Shown here in pieces: positions 30,587-39,550 of a stretch of DNA of 64,000 nt; the stretch's first letter is position 1, and each line of letters starts with the position of its first letter. The stretch is from an uncultured delta proteobacterium (GTDB lineage Bacteria > Myxococcota > Myxococcia > Myxococcales > Myxococcaceae): positions 480,001 to 544,000 of the forward strand of contig CAVQKE010000001.1 of NCBI GenBank assembly GCA_963713045.1, read 5' to 3'. The notes beneath the pieces were generated by a model. The model had not been told where the DNA came from and did not search any database. It saw nothing but the letters and a program-made list of their open reading frames with translations. The position numbers and the translations under genes were made by a program.

Positions 30587-31584
30587 TGGGGTACCTGGTG
30601 CCGCCGGCGCACCGCCTCGGCCATCTCCCGGATGCGGGCGACCGCCGCCTCCGGTCCAAGGACGCGGACATCCGGGGAAAGCGCCAATAGGTGTCGGAGC
30701 AGCGGGTCCAGGTTGGTGACGGTGAGGGTGGCCCGGGTTTCCCCCGCCTCGTGCACCACCCGCGCTTCGGGGAAGTGGGCCTCCGCCCGGTCGGCCAGGC
30801 CTCCGGACAGCCGCAACGTCACTTCGGTCGGCTCTTCAATGCGAAACTGCCAGGGAGCATGGGGGACGTGGTCGTCCAGGCGAAAGTCCTGGGGCACCTG
30901 GAAGTCGGCGGTGCGGGGCTTACTGGTATTCATCTTCAAGTCGCGAATCCGGTGGACGTGGAAGGTCCGCAACGCCTGTCGCTCGTGGCAAAAGCCGACC
31001 AAAGACCAAATGCCGCGCCGAAGTGCCAGCCCGTAGGGGTCCACCGTCCGGTGCGAAGGGCGCGGCGAGCGCGGTGAGGCGTAAACCAGCGTCACCGACT
31101 TTCGGGCACTGGCGGCGGTCCACAGGGCCTCCAGGTGCTGCGGCACATGGCGCGCCTCCCGCACCGCGCCGAGCTCCATCCGGACCCGCGGCGCCGGCAG
31201 GTCCGGGTCGGCGAAAAAAGCAATCTTGCGCAGCGCGTGCTGCAAATCCTGTCGGCCGGGGAAGGCCCCCGAGGCGAGCGCCGCCGAGCCGGCCGCGTAC
31301 AGCACGGCCATCTCTTCCGGCGTGAAGCCCACGTCGGGCAGGTAGTAGGCGTCGCGGTCCAGCAGATAGCCGTCCTTGCGGTCCTCGTCGCCCTGGACGT
31401 AGGTGAGGGGAATCCCCAGCTCGAGGAGTTCCGCCTTGTCGCGCTCGAATTTGCGCTCGGTGGCCTCATCCGTCCCCGCACCGTAGTCCTCGGGGAAGGC
31501 CTCCTTCAGCTCCGCCCAAGAGACCGGCTCCTGCGCGTCGAGGAGTAAGGCCACCAAGTCCAGCAGTCGTTCGGTGCGGTCCAT
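30583..31584 (-). CDS. pafB: HTH-WYL-WCX transcriptional regulator, PafB-like
   Basis: ERLLDLVALLL, ERKFERDKAELLELGIP, YYLPDV.FTPEE, RTVDPYGL, WSLVG, RTFHVHRI; ATGA overlap with pafC. Confidence 0.88.
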   Translation of the reverse strand: MDRTERLLDLVALLLDAQEPVSWAELKEAFPEDYGAGTDEATERKFERDKAELLELGIPLTYVQGDEDRKDGYLLDRDAYYLPDVGFTPEEMAVLYAAGSAALASGAFPGRQDLQHALRKIAFFADPDLPAPRVRMELGAVREARHVPQHLEALWTAASARKSVTLVYASPRSPRPSHRTVDPYGLALRRGIWSLVGFCHERQALRTFHVHRIRDLKMNTSKPRTADFQVPQDFRLDDHVPHAPWQFRIEEPTEVTLRLSGGLADRAEAHFPEARVVHEAGETRATLTVTNLDPLLRHLLALSPDVRVLGPEAAVARIREMAEAVRRRHQVPQ

Positions 31585-31600
31585 CTTCCAGAAGGGACGG

Positions 31601-31630
31601 AGAATGGAGACCCGCGCGCCGAGCCGTCAA
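31601..31630 (-). promoter_or_regulatory. Sigma70-like promoter TTGACG-N18-CATTCT upstream of pafB
   Basis: -35 at 31630-31625 and -10 at 31606-31601, 16 nt before the ATG, implying a very short leader. Confidence 0.45.
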
Positions 31631-31697
31631 GGCATCCGCGGCGTGCTACGGTTCCACCAAGGCCCGCCCACCCCCTGCCCTGCGTCGCGAGCTTCTC

Positions 31698-32402
31698 ATG
31701 CCCCTGACTCTGGTGTTGCTCCTGCTCGCTCAAAGCAACCAACAAGTCCATGACTGGCTCCAGGGCGCTGAAATCGGCGACCGCGTTCAGGCGATGACGT
31801 TTGGCTCGACCGGACGCTACCGGGCCGAGCGGAAGGACGCGCTCGGGCAAACCTTTGCCCACGGGACATGGGAGCTGAAGGGCAGCACCCTCAGCGTGAC
31901 GGTGCGCAGCTGCAAGGGGCCCGCCTGTCAGGTTTTCGGGACGAATTTTCGCGCCGAGTTGGCGGTGGTGGGGGGCCGTGCCCTCACGGTCAATCCGACG
32001 CCGGTGGACGTGCCGTTTGCGCGCGGCAGCTACTATTGCCACTACCAAGGCTGCGAGCGGCGGGTCGGGGTGCGGGTGGTGGCGCACGCGGCTGCACCCT
32101 CCGCGGTCCAAGCCGTCATCGACCGCCTGGTCGCGGCCAACGTCGGCCGCAACACCACCGTCGTTTGGTCCGCCCCCCCGGTCGACACCCCCCTTCAACG
32201 CTCTTCGCTGGTGTTTTGCCCCAGTGGAGGGGACCTCGCCCGCCAAGGTGCGCAGACGACGGCGATGGACCTCGCGCCGTTGGCCTGGCTCGGTCCCCTC
32301 AGCCCCACCGCAGCCACTGGCAACGACTGCCTCTGGGACGTCGAGGTGACGGTGGCGGACAGCGTGGCCATTTCAGGAGCGGCGCCCCGGCCGCCGCCGT
32401 GA
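31698..32402 (+). CDS. Secreted Cys-containing hypothetical protein; C-terminus resembles LytR_C
   Basis: Hydrophobic N-terminus; six Cys; SSLVF..G...A..LA...DVEVTVAD pattern; GTGA overlap with the next gene. Confidence 0.65.
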   Translation: MPLTLVLLLLAQSNQQVHDWLQGAEIGDRVQAMTFGSTGRYRAERKDALGQTFAHGTWELKGSTLSVTVRSCKGPACQVFGTNFRAELAVVGGRALTVNPTPVDVPFARGSYYCHYQGCERRVGVRVVAHAAAPSAVQAVIDRLVAANVGRNTTVVWSAPPVDTPLQRSSLVFCPSGGDLARQGAQTTAMDLAPLAWLGPLSPTAATGNDCLWDVEVTVADSVAISGAAPRPPP

Positions 32403-33583
32403 GCCACATTGCCGCCCGGGTGCGCGAGTTACCCGGCACCATCTTCTCGGAATTCAGCGCCCTGGCCGCTCGCACCGGCGCGGTCAACCTGGGACAGGGC
32501 TTCCCTGACTTCGACGGCCCCGAGGAAGTGCGCGAGGCGGCGGTCCGCGCCCTGCGAGGGGGCGTCAACCAATATGCACTGGGCGCAGGCAGCCTCAACC
32601 TGAGGCGCGCCATCGCCGAGCACGCGGCCCGCTTCCACCAGCACCACGTCGACCCGGAGCGGGACGTCACCGTCACCGCCGGAGCCACCGAGGCGCTGTT
32701 TGACGCCTTGCTTGGCCTCCTGGACGCCGGGGATGAGGCCGTCCTGTTTGAGCCCTTCTACGACTCCTATGCCGCGGCAGTGGCCATGGCCGGCGCCCGG
32801 GTGCGGCCGGTGAGGCTTCGACCGCCGGAAGGTGGGCAAGGCAACTGGTGGTACGAGCCTTCCGAGTTGGAGGCCGCCTTCGGCCCAAAGACGCGGGTGG
32901 TGGTGGTGAATTCTCCCCACAACCCCACTGGGAAGGTGTTTTCCCAAAGCGAACTCGAAGCCATCGCCGACTGCTGCCTCCGCCACGACGCGGTGGTAGT
33001 GACCGACGAGGTGTACGAGCACCTGGTCTACCCACCGGCGCGGCACCTGCGGCTGGCCACCCTGCCGGGCATGGCGGAGCGCACGCTGACCGTCAGCAGC
33101 GGCGGAAAAAGCTTCAGCTACACCGGCTGGAAGGTGGGGTGGGCGATTGGGCCACCGCTGTTGGGACGGGCGGTGGCGCTGCCGCACCAGTACGTGACGT
33201 TTGCCGTCGCCGCGCCGTTGCAAGAAGCCATCGCCCTGGCCCTCCGACTTCCGGACGCGTACTTCCAAGGGCTGGTGGAGGCCTATGCCGAGCGCCGCGA
33301 CCGCCTGCTGGCCAGTCTCCGCACGGCTGGACTGCAGCCCTGGGCCCCCCAAGGGGCTTATTTCCTGTGTGCCGACGTCAGCGGCTTCGGCCACCCCAGC
33401 GACAACGCCTGGTGCCGGTGGTTGGCGACTGAGGTGGGCGTGGCGGCCATCCCCCTGTCTGCCTTTTATGCACGGCCGGACCTCGCGCCCCAAGTCGCGC
33501 GCTTTGCCTTTTGCAAGACGGACGCCGTCCTGGACGAGGCCGCACGCCGGTTGGGCCGGCTCGCCAGTCCGCGACTCCCCTAA
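32399..33583 (+). CDS. PLP-dependent class I/II aminotransferase (YbdL/DapC-like)
   Basis: TIFSEFSALA..GAVNLGQGFPDFDGP, NQYA, EPFYDSY, NSPHNPTGKVF, DEVYEHL, SGGKSFSYTGWKVGW, RFAFCK. Confidence 0.95.
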   Translation: MSHIAARVRELPGTIFSEFSALAARTGAVNLGQGFPDFDGPEEVREAAVRALRGGVNQYALGAGSLNLRRAIAEHAARFHQHHVDPERDVTVTAGATEALFDALLGLLDAGDEAVLFEPFYDSYAAAVAMAGARVRPVRLRPPEGGQGNWWYEPSELEAAFGPKTRVVVVNSPHNPTGKVFSQSELEAIADCCLRHDAVVVTDEVYEHLVYPPARHLRLATLPGMAERTLTVSSGGKSFSYTGWKVGWAIGPPLLGRAVALPHQYVTFAVAAPLQEAIALALRLPDAYFQGLVEAYAERRDRLLASLRTAGLQPWAPQGAYFLCADVSGFGHPSDNAWCRWLATEVGVAAIPLSAFYARPDLAPQVARFAFCKTDAVLDEAARRLGRLASPRLP

Positions 33584-33676
33584 AGCGCGGGGCCCGTTGC
33601 CGCGCTACATTGCTGGCACCTCCCATGGCGCGGCTACCGTCGGGCGCGCCGCGAGAGGGAAGGAGAGACCGCCCCT

Positions 33677-35404
33677 CTGAACGACATCGCCGGCAACACC
33701 CTCGGACTCAAGCCCAGCGAGCTGCAGCGACTGCGTAACACCTATCGCCGCCGCGTCTCTGCCCATGAAATTGTGAGCGCCGAGCTGGCCCGCCACCTGA
33801 CTGAGCTTTCCCGCGACACCCACCGTCAGCTGGGTGTCTTGCTCAACCGCAAGGGCGAGGTGGAGCAAGTGGTGGTGGGAGACGCGCAGAAGCTGGAGCT
33901 GCCGGACATTGGGCGCGCCCGCGCCGGCCAAGTCCGCCTCCGCGGACTGCGCCTCGTCCATACCCACCTCAAGTCCGAGCCCCTGACCCGCGACGACCTC
34001 ACCGACTTGGCCCTTTTGCGCTTGGATTTGGTGGCAGCGGTGGGTGTCCTGGACGACGGGTTGCCCGGCGTCCTGCACTGGGCGCACTTGGTACCTGCCA
34101 ACGGCGACGGCAGCTACTGGCACACCGAAACGCTGAATGACGTGCATGGCCAGCAGCCGGACCTGGCCTCGACCCTGGCCGCACTGGAAGACGAGCTGGC
34201 GCGCGGCGCGCCGGTGCGCTCGGTGGCGGGCGCTGAGCGAGCCATTCTGGTCGCAGTCTGCATCGACGGAGACCGCGGGGCGGCCGAGGCGTCCCTGCAC
34301 GAGCTGGGGGAACTGGCCCGCACGGCCGGCGTAGAGGTGCTCGACTCCATCCTCCAAATCCGCCGTCAGCCCGACCCGCGCTATTTGGTGGGCAAGGGCA
34401 AGCTGCAGGAACTGGTGCTGCGCTCGATGCAGCTGGTGGCCGACGTCATCGTCCTCGACCGGGACCTCAGCCCGTCGCAGAGCCGCCACATTGCCGAGGA
34501 AACCAGCCTCAAGGTGCTCGACCGCACCCAGCTGATTCTCGACATTTTCGCTCAACGCGCCCAGAGCGCCGACGGCAAGCTGCAGGTGGAGCTGGCGCAG
34601 CTGAAGTACCTGCTGCCGCGCCTCAGCCAGCGCGACGATTCGCTGTCCCGCCTCGCCGGCGGCATCGGCGGCCGTGGACCGGGCGAAACCAAACTGGAAG
34701 TGGACCGGCGCCGGGTGCGCGACCGCATCGCCCACCTCGACCGGCGCATCGGCCAGCTATCCAGCGAACGCCAAGTGCGCCGCGGCCGGCGCCAGCGGAG
34801 GGAGCTGCCCGTCATCTCCATCGTCGGCTACACCAACGCCGGCAAGTCCACCCTCCTCAACGCTCTCACCCACTCCACCACGCTGGTGGAAGACAAGCTG
34901 TTTGCCACCCTCGACCCGACCAGCCGACGCCTCCGCTTCCCCGAGGAGCGCGAAGTCATCATCACCGACACCGTGGGCTTCATTCGAGACCTGCCCAAGG
35001 ACTTGCTCGCCGCCTTTCGCGCCACCCTGGAGGAGTTGGACGACGCGGACCTGCTGCTGCACGTGGTGGACGCGGCGGACCTGGCGCGCGATGCGCAGGT
35101 CACCGCGGTGGAGCGCATCCTCGAATCCCTCGGGCTGCAGGCCACGCCCCGGCTTCTGGTGTGGAACAAAGCCGACCGGGTGGAGGCTGACGAACTGGCC
35201 CTTTTGCTTCGCACCCGGGGCGGCGTGGCGGTAAGCGCACTGGCCGGCCAAGGGTTGGAAGCGCTCCTCCTCAAAGCGGACCGGACCCTGTTTGCCGAAG
35301 GGTCCGCCGAGCGCCTGGGGACGGTGCACGCCGAGTTGCCGTCCGGGCTGCCCCTGCCACGGGCGGAAGCAACGTCCTCCCTTTTCTTCCCCCCGGAGGC
35401 TTAG
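33677..35404 (+). CDS. hflX: GTPase HflX, long form; probable CTG start
   Basis: LILDIFAQRA, GKLQVELAQL, GPGETKLE, VGYTNAGKST, LFATLDPT, DTVGFI, NKAD; the N-terminal extension GNTLGLKPSE..RLR..YRRR lies upstream of the track start at 33773. Confidence 0.95.
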   Translation: MNDIAGNTLGLKPSELQRLRNTYRRRVSAHEIVSAELARHLTELSRDTHRQLGVLLNRKGEVEQVVVGDAQKLELPDIGRARAGQVRLRGLRLVHTHLKSEPLTRDDLTDLALLRLDLVAAVGVLDDGLPGVLHWAHLVPANGDGSYWHTETLNDVHGQQPDLASTLAALEDELARGAPVRSVAGAERAILVAVCIDGDRGAAEASLHELGELARTAGVEVLDSILQIRRQPDPRYLVGKGKLQELVLRSMQLVADVIVLDRDLSPSQSRHIAEETSLKVLDRTQLILDIFAQRAQSADGKLQVELAQLKYLLPRLSQRDDSLSRLAGGIGGRGPGETKLEVDRRRVRDRIAHLDRRIGQLSSERQVRRGRRQRRELPVISIVGYTNAGKSTLLNALTHSTTLVEDKLFATLDPTSRRLRFPEEREVIITDTVGFIRDLPKDLLAAFRATLEELDDADLLLHVVDAADLARDAQVTAVERILESLGLQATPRLLVWNKADRVEADELALLLRTRGGVAVSALAGQGLEALLLKADRTLFAEGSAERLGTVHAELPSGLPLPRAEATSSLFFPPEA

Positions 35405-35428
35405 GCCAAGGACGGCGCCGCTTCCGGG

Positions 35429-37755
35429 CTAAAAGTACAGGGTGGCGGTGGCGTACACCGCAATCGGCGCGCCGGGGGTGAAGGTGATGCCGGTCACCGC
35501 CGTCTTCTGGTTGTAAGGCGCTTCGACGACTTGGTAGGTGGTGGCGAATTGTGCCTCGCGCCAGGTGGAGTTGAAAAGGTTGTTGATGGCCAGCCCAACC
35601 TCGACAAAACGCCATCGGTAAGCACCATACAGGTCGACGATGAAGTAGCCCGTCGCCGTCAGGGTGCCTTCGGTGTTGGCCGGCCGGTCCCCCACCCACC
35701 GCGCACCCAGCCGAGCCCGCAAGCCCGGCAGCCAGCTCGGGTGAAACAGACTGAGTCCGGCCTGGCCGGTGAACGTCGGTGCCAGCGCCACCGCGTTCCC
35801 GTTCCCGTAATTCTCGGTGTAGACGGCGTGGGCCAGCGAGGTGTCGAAGTCCGCCCACAACCAACTCAAAATTTGGTACCGGGCCTCGAAGTCAAAGCCA
35901 TAGCGGTTGGTGGGTCCGGCAGGCTCCGTCGTCCCGACGTCGGCATTGAAGACGAATTCCGACTGCAGATGCAGGTACCAAAGCGCGCCGGCCAGGTCGA
36001 GCTTCCCGTCCACCAACGACAGCCGTGTCCCGAGTTCGGCCCCGGTGGCGCGCGGGAGGGCGCCGACGCCATTGGTGGCCACGACCACTCGGGCGTCGTT
36101 GCTGTGAAAGCCGCCGCCGGCGTCGAGGTAGATGTCCCAAATGGGAATGGGGGTGAAGACGGCCTGCAGTTTGGGGTTGACGATGGCCTTCTGAATGACG
36201 GCCGTGCCCTGGTTGGGCTCGACCCCGGCTGGAGGAGGCGAGGGGTTGTAGGGCAGCTGGTTGGTGACGTTCCATTCGAAGAGGTCCGAGCGCAGCCCCA
36301 ACAGCACCCGCGCCCAGGGGCTGAAGCGGACATCCTCCTGGGCGAAGACCGACAAGTCCGACTGCACGATGTCCGCATCGTCACAGGGGTTGGGCACCGC
36401 TGGAACGGTGGCGCCATCAAAGGTGGTGGCAGGGGTGCAGTCGGCTAAGCGCACCCGCTGCTTCACGTGCCACAAGGCGACGTTCATCGAATCCAGGCGC
36501 GCCTGGGCACCGAGCTCCGTCACGGTGCGCACCTCAGCGAAGTTGATGCGCTTGCGGTACAGGGCGTTGAAGCCCAGGTAGTAGCGCTGGTCGTCCTGCT
36601 CGATTTCGTCGAAGTTTGCCGCGTCGACCCACTGGAAGGTGAAGTCGTTGAAGAGGCGCAGCGAGTAGCGAACGAAGTAGGCGCTGACCAGAATCTGGTC
36701 CGAATAGGACGGACGGCTCTCCAGCGTGAGGACCAGCATCTGCCGCTGCGTCTGGCCGCCCTCGGTGGGGTCGATGGCACCAAATTCCGGGAGCTGCCCA
36801 GATTGGACGAATTGGAGGGGAATCTGTCCGCTGGCACTCCACTGCGAGCCGTAGGCAGTCCCGAGAAGCGTGATGCGGGTGCTGGGGTTGACGTTGAAGG
36901 TCGACTTGAGAAACAGGTTGTAGCGAAACAGGCCTTCCGGGTTGATGAAGGGCCCGTTGGTTCCGTACATCTCAGCGGCGAACCAGGTCGGCGAATCCTT
37001 CCCGCCGGGACTGGCGACGCCGAGGACGCGCCAGGTGTCGAAGGAGCCGTACTCGCCGGTGACCGAGTTCTCGGCGAAGCTGCGCCGGGTGCGAAGGTTG
37101 ATTGCGCCGGCCGTGTCGAAGTCGCCGGTTTCGACGAAGTAGGGGCCCTTGGTGACTTCCACCCGGTCAATGGCCTCGGGAATCAGAAAATGGAGGTCCG
37201 AAAACCCCTGCCCATGGCCATTGCTGGGCAGGTTGATGGGGACGCCATCGATGTAAAAGGCGATGTCCGTCCCGTGGTCCGCGTCGAAGCCGCGGAGAAA
37301 GTACTGGTCGGCCTTCCCGCCCCCCTGGTGCTGGGCGATGACCAAACCGGGAACGACGCGCAGGATGTCCTCCGGCGTCGGGTAGAACCTCAGCTCGAGG
37401 TCTCGCTCGCGAATGGTGTCCGCAGAAGCGGTGGAGGTGGGTGCCGGCGCTTCGACCACCGACTCAAACATGGACGGCTGCGTGGCGGCCGGCGGTGCCG
37501 TCAGCAGTGGCCCGCCAGCGGCGGGGGCTGGGGCGGCGCGCCCGGCGGCGGCGCCACCGGCGCGCTCGGCGGAATCAGCTCGGGCTCCGGCGCCATCGCT
37601 CCCTCCGGTAGCGCGGCCGGCCCGCTGGCTGGGCCCGGGGACACCGAGGAGGGCTCCGGAGGCGGAAGCGCAGCCGCCGGCGCCGGCTGCGCATCGGCTG
37701 CAGCAGCGAGGCAGAGCAGCACAAGCAGAAGGCATGCCCGCAGCGCCCAGGGCAT
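35429..37755 (-). CDS. TonB-dependent outer-membrane receptor, apparently split by a 1-nt frameshift near 37500-37520
   Basis: Plug motifs EDILRVVPGL, HQGGGKADQYFLRGFDADHGTD, DGVPIN, IDRVEVTKGPY, AGAINL; INNLFN; terminal aromatic LYF. The signal peptide (MPWALRACLLLVLLCLAAAADAQ) is in another frame that stops at 37501-37503. Confidence 0.85.
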
Positions 37756-37854
37756 GGATGACCGGGTGAGCACAAGGCTCGCCCGCACGAAGAAGGGCAT
37801 GCAAATCCCGAGGTGAAGGGTAGGGCCAGACGACGCTCGACACGTCGACTGCCG

Positions 37855-38238
37855 CTACGGTGCGCCGGGGACTTCTGGGCGCCGCCAACGCCGAAGCAGG
37901 GGCGTCCGCCACGCCGGAAGCACCGCCGTCTGCAGCCGGCGGAGCACCGCCATCACGGCCAGGCAAGTCGCGGCCGCGAAGAGGGCAAGCCGCAGGTGCT
38001 CCAGTCCGCCCGGCGAATGCCGGTGGGAAGGCGGACGCGGTGGGAATGGCTGTCCGCGTTCGCCACCCGCATGCCCAACCCAGTTTTGGTCGGCGCTTTC
38101 CTGTACCCGCGGCTCGCCATGCGCAAGGACAGCGTGCGCCACGGGCCCGGCACCCAACCCCCAGCCGAGCAGCAGCAGTCCGACCGGTGCCATTTGCAGC
38201 CGCCGCTGGCGCTCGGGCGATGGGACAGGGGGCTTCAC
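37855..38238 (-). CDS. His-rich membrane-targeted small protein directly upstream of the TBDR (candidate leader peptide)
   Basis: Hydrophobic N-segment, then PVAHAVLAH, HAG, HRH..LEH, a second hydrophobic segment, a basic tail and a C-terminus EVPGAP-stop. Confidence 0.7.
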   Translation of the reverse strand: MKPPVPSPERQRRLQMAPVGLLLLGWGLGAGPVAHAVLAHGEPRVQESADQNWVGHAGGERGQPFPPRPPSHRHSPGGLEHLRLALFAAATCLAVMAVLRRLQTAVLPAWRTPLLRRWRRPEVPGAP

Positions 38239-38271
38239 GTCACCTCAGTTGCTGGGGCCTTCGGGTGGCAT

Positions 38272-38296
38272 TACGCGGACCGGTCCATCCCGGATG
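38272..38296 (-). promoter_or_regulatory. ECF-type promoter CATCC-N16-CGTA for the leader-TBDR unit
   Basis: Minus strand reads gCATCC gggatggaccggtccg CGTAa; same elements and spacing as the motif at 39481-39505. Confidence 0.65.
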
Positions 38297-38356
38297 CAAT
38301 GCCAACCTGCTTTGACAGGTCCGAGTTTGGCCGTCCCACGTACAGTGCGTGCAGAA

Positions 38357-39448
38357 ATGCAGCCCCCCGCCCACGCCCGACCTGCTTTTCGCCGCAGCGT
38401 GGCAGCCTTCGTCGGCTGGGCGTTGCTGGTGGCGACGCCAGCGGCCGCGCACCTGACGCGCATCTCCACCAGCGACTGGACATTGGAGGGGGGCGCGGCC
38501 GCTGCCGAACTGCAATTCTTTCAGGGAGACTTCCTCGCCCTGGTTCCTCCTGGAGCCTCCGAGTCGGAGCTGGCCGCCCGGGTGCTTTCCCTGGTGACGG
38601 ACACCACAACGGTACGCGTCGGCAACGCGCCGTGCGCCCTCCGGAGTCGCACCATCGCCCCGAGCGGCGACGGTTGGTCCATCCAGGCCGCTTGGGCGTG
38701 CGCGGGCAAGGGTGAGCGCTGGACATTGACCTTGGGGGTGCTCGAGCTGCTCCCTCCAGGCCACACCCACCTGGCCCGAGTGACGGTGGGTGGCGAAGTC
38801 GTCGAGCGCATCGCCCGCAGCACCGCACCCACCATCGAAGTCGCGGCCAACCCGTCGGTTTGGTCAGCGGCGTGGCGCTTCTTGCGCCTTGGCGTTGAGC
38901 ATATTTTTACCGGCTACGACCACATCGCCTTCCTTCTGGCGCTGCTGCTGTTGGGCGGACGCTTCGTGGACTTGGTGAAAATTGTCACCAGCTTCACCAT
39001 CGCCCATTCGGTGACGCTGGCGCTGGCGGCCCTCGGCCTGCTGAACCCTCCCTCCCGCTGGGTGGAAGCGCTCATCGCGGTCAGCATCATCGCGGTGGCA
39101 GCGGAGAACCTTTGGGTGCTCCGCGGGACACCGGGGGCCAGCGCTCGGGTCGCGGTTGCGCTACGGCATCGCTGGCGCATCACCTTCGCCTTCGGCCTGG
39201 TGCACGGGTTTGGCTTCGCCAGTGCGCTTCAGGAGCTGAGGCTGCCGCGCTCGGCGCTGGTCGCCGGGCTGGTGTCCTTTAACCTGGGGGTGGAAGTGGG
39301 CCAGGTCAGCATCGTCGCCCTTGCCTTTCCGGTGCTGAGCTGGCTGCGAACGTTGCCCCATTTCCAACCGCGGGGGCCGCGACTCCTCTCAGCAGCCATC
39401 GCCGCCTTCGGCCTGGCGTTGCTCGTCCTGCGCCTACGGGGCGGTTAG
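38357..39448 (+). CDS. HupE/UreJ-family (HupE_UreJ_2-type) membrane protein with periplasmic N-domain
   Basis: Signal peptide ending ATPAAA|H; LGVEHIFTGYDHIAFL, VTSFTIAHSVTL, VEALIAVSI, FGLVHGFGFA, FNLGVEVGQ. Confidence 0.92.
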   Translation: MQPPAHARPAFRRSVAAFVGWALLVATPAAAHLTRISTSDWTLEGGAAAAELQFFQGDFLALVPPGASESELAARVLSLVTDTTTVRVGNAPCALRSRTIAPSGDGWSIQAAWACAGKGERWTLTLGVLELLPPGHTHLARVTVGGEVVERIARSTAPTIEVAANPSVWSAAWRFLRLGVEHIFTGYDHIAFLLALLLLGGRFVDLVKIVTSFTIAHSVTLALAALGLLNPPSRWVEALIAVSIIAVAAENLWVLRGTPGASARVAVALRHRWRITFAFGLVHGFGFASALQELRLPRSALVAGLVSFNLGVEVGQVSIVALAFPVLSWLRTLPHFQPRGPRLLSAAIAAFGLALLVLRLRGG

Positions 39449-39480
39449 CCCTCGGTTAGCCCCCCGCAAGACACGCCATA

Positions 39481-39505
39481 CATCCATCTCTCGGCATGGG
39501 CCGTA
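39481..39505 (+). promoter_or_regulatory. ECF-type promoter CATCC-N16-CGTA for the DUF4331-TPR unit
   Basis: aCATCC atctctcggcatgggc CGTAc, 45 nt before an ATG that has a GGAGG SD. Confidence 0.65.
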
Positions 39506-39550
39506 CCAGAGGCGCCGGCAGTCGTGCCGCGTCGCTTTTGGAGGAATCCC

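Noticed and set aside
29663..31584. WYL genes as markers of an anti-phage defence island
   Set aside because: Neighbours are housekeeping genes and the pair has PafB/PafC signatures; no nucleases or defence genes are adjacent.
37520..37966. Track N-terminus of the 845-aa TBDR ORF, including RCCSRC
   Set aside because: Not a signal peptide; it overlaps the leader gene and the true signal-peptide frame, so the Cys cluster is a frame artefact.
38312..38346. TTGACA...TACAGT as a sigma70 promoter for the HupE/UreJ gene
   Set aside because: The spacer is 23 nt, too long; the overlapping ACCTG-N6-CAGGT inverted repeat is too short to call an operator.
39516..39530. GG-N10-GC spacing before DUF4331 as a sigma54 promoter
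   Set aside because: Lacks the TTGC -12 context; the ECF-type motif explains the region better.
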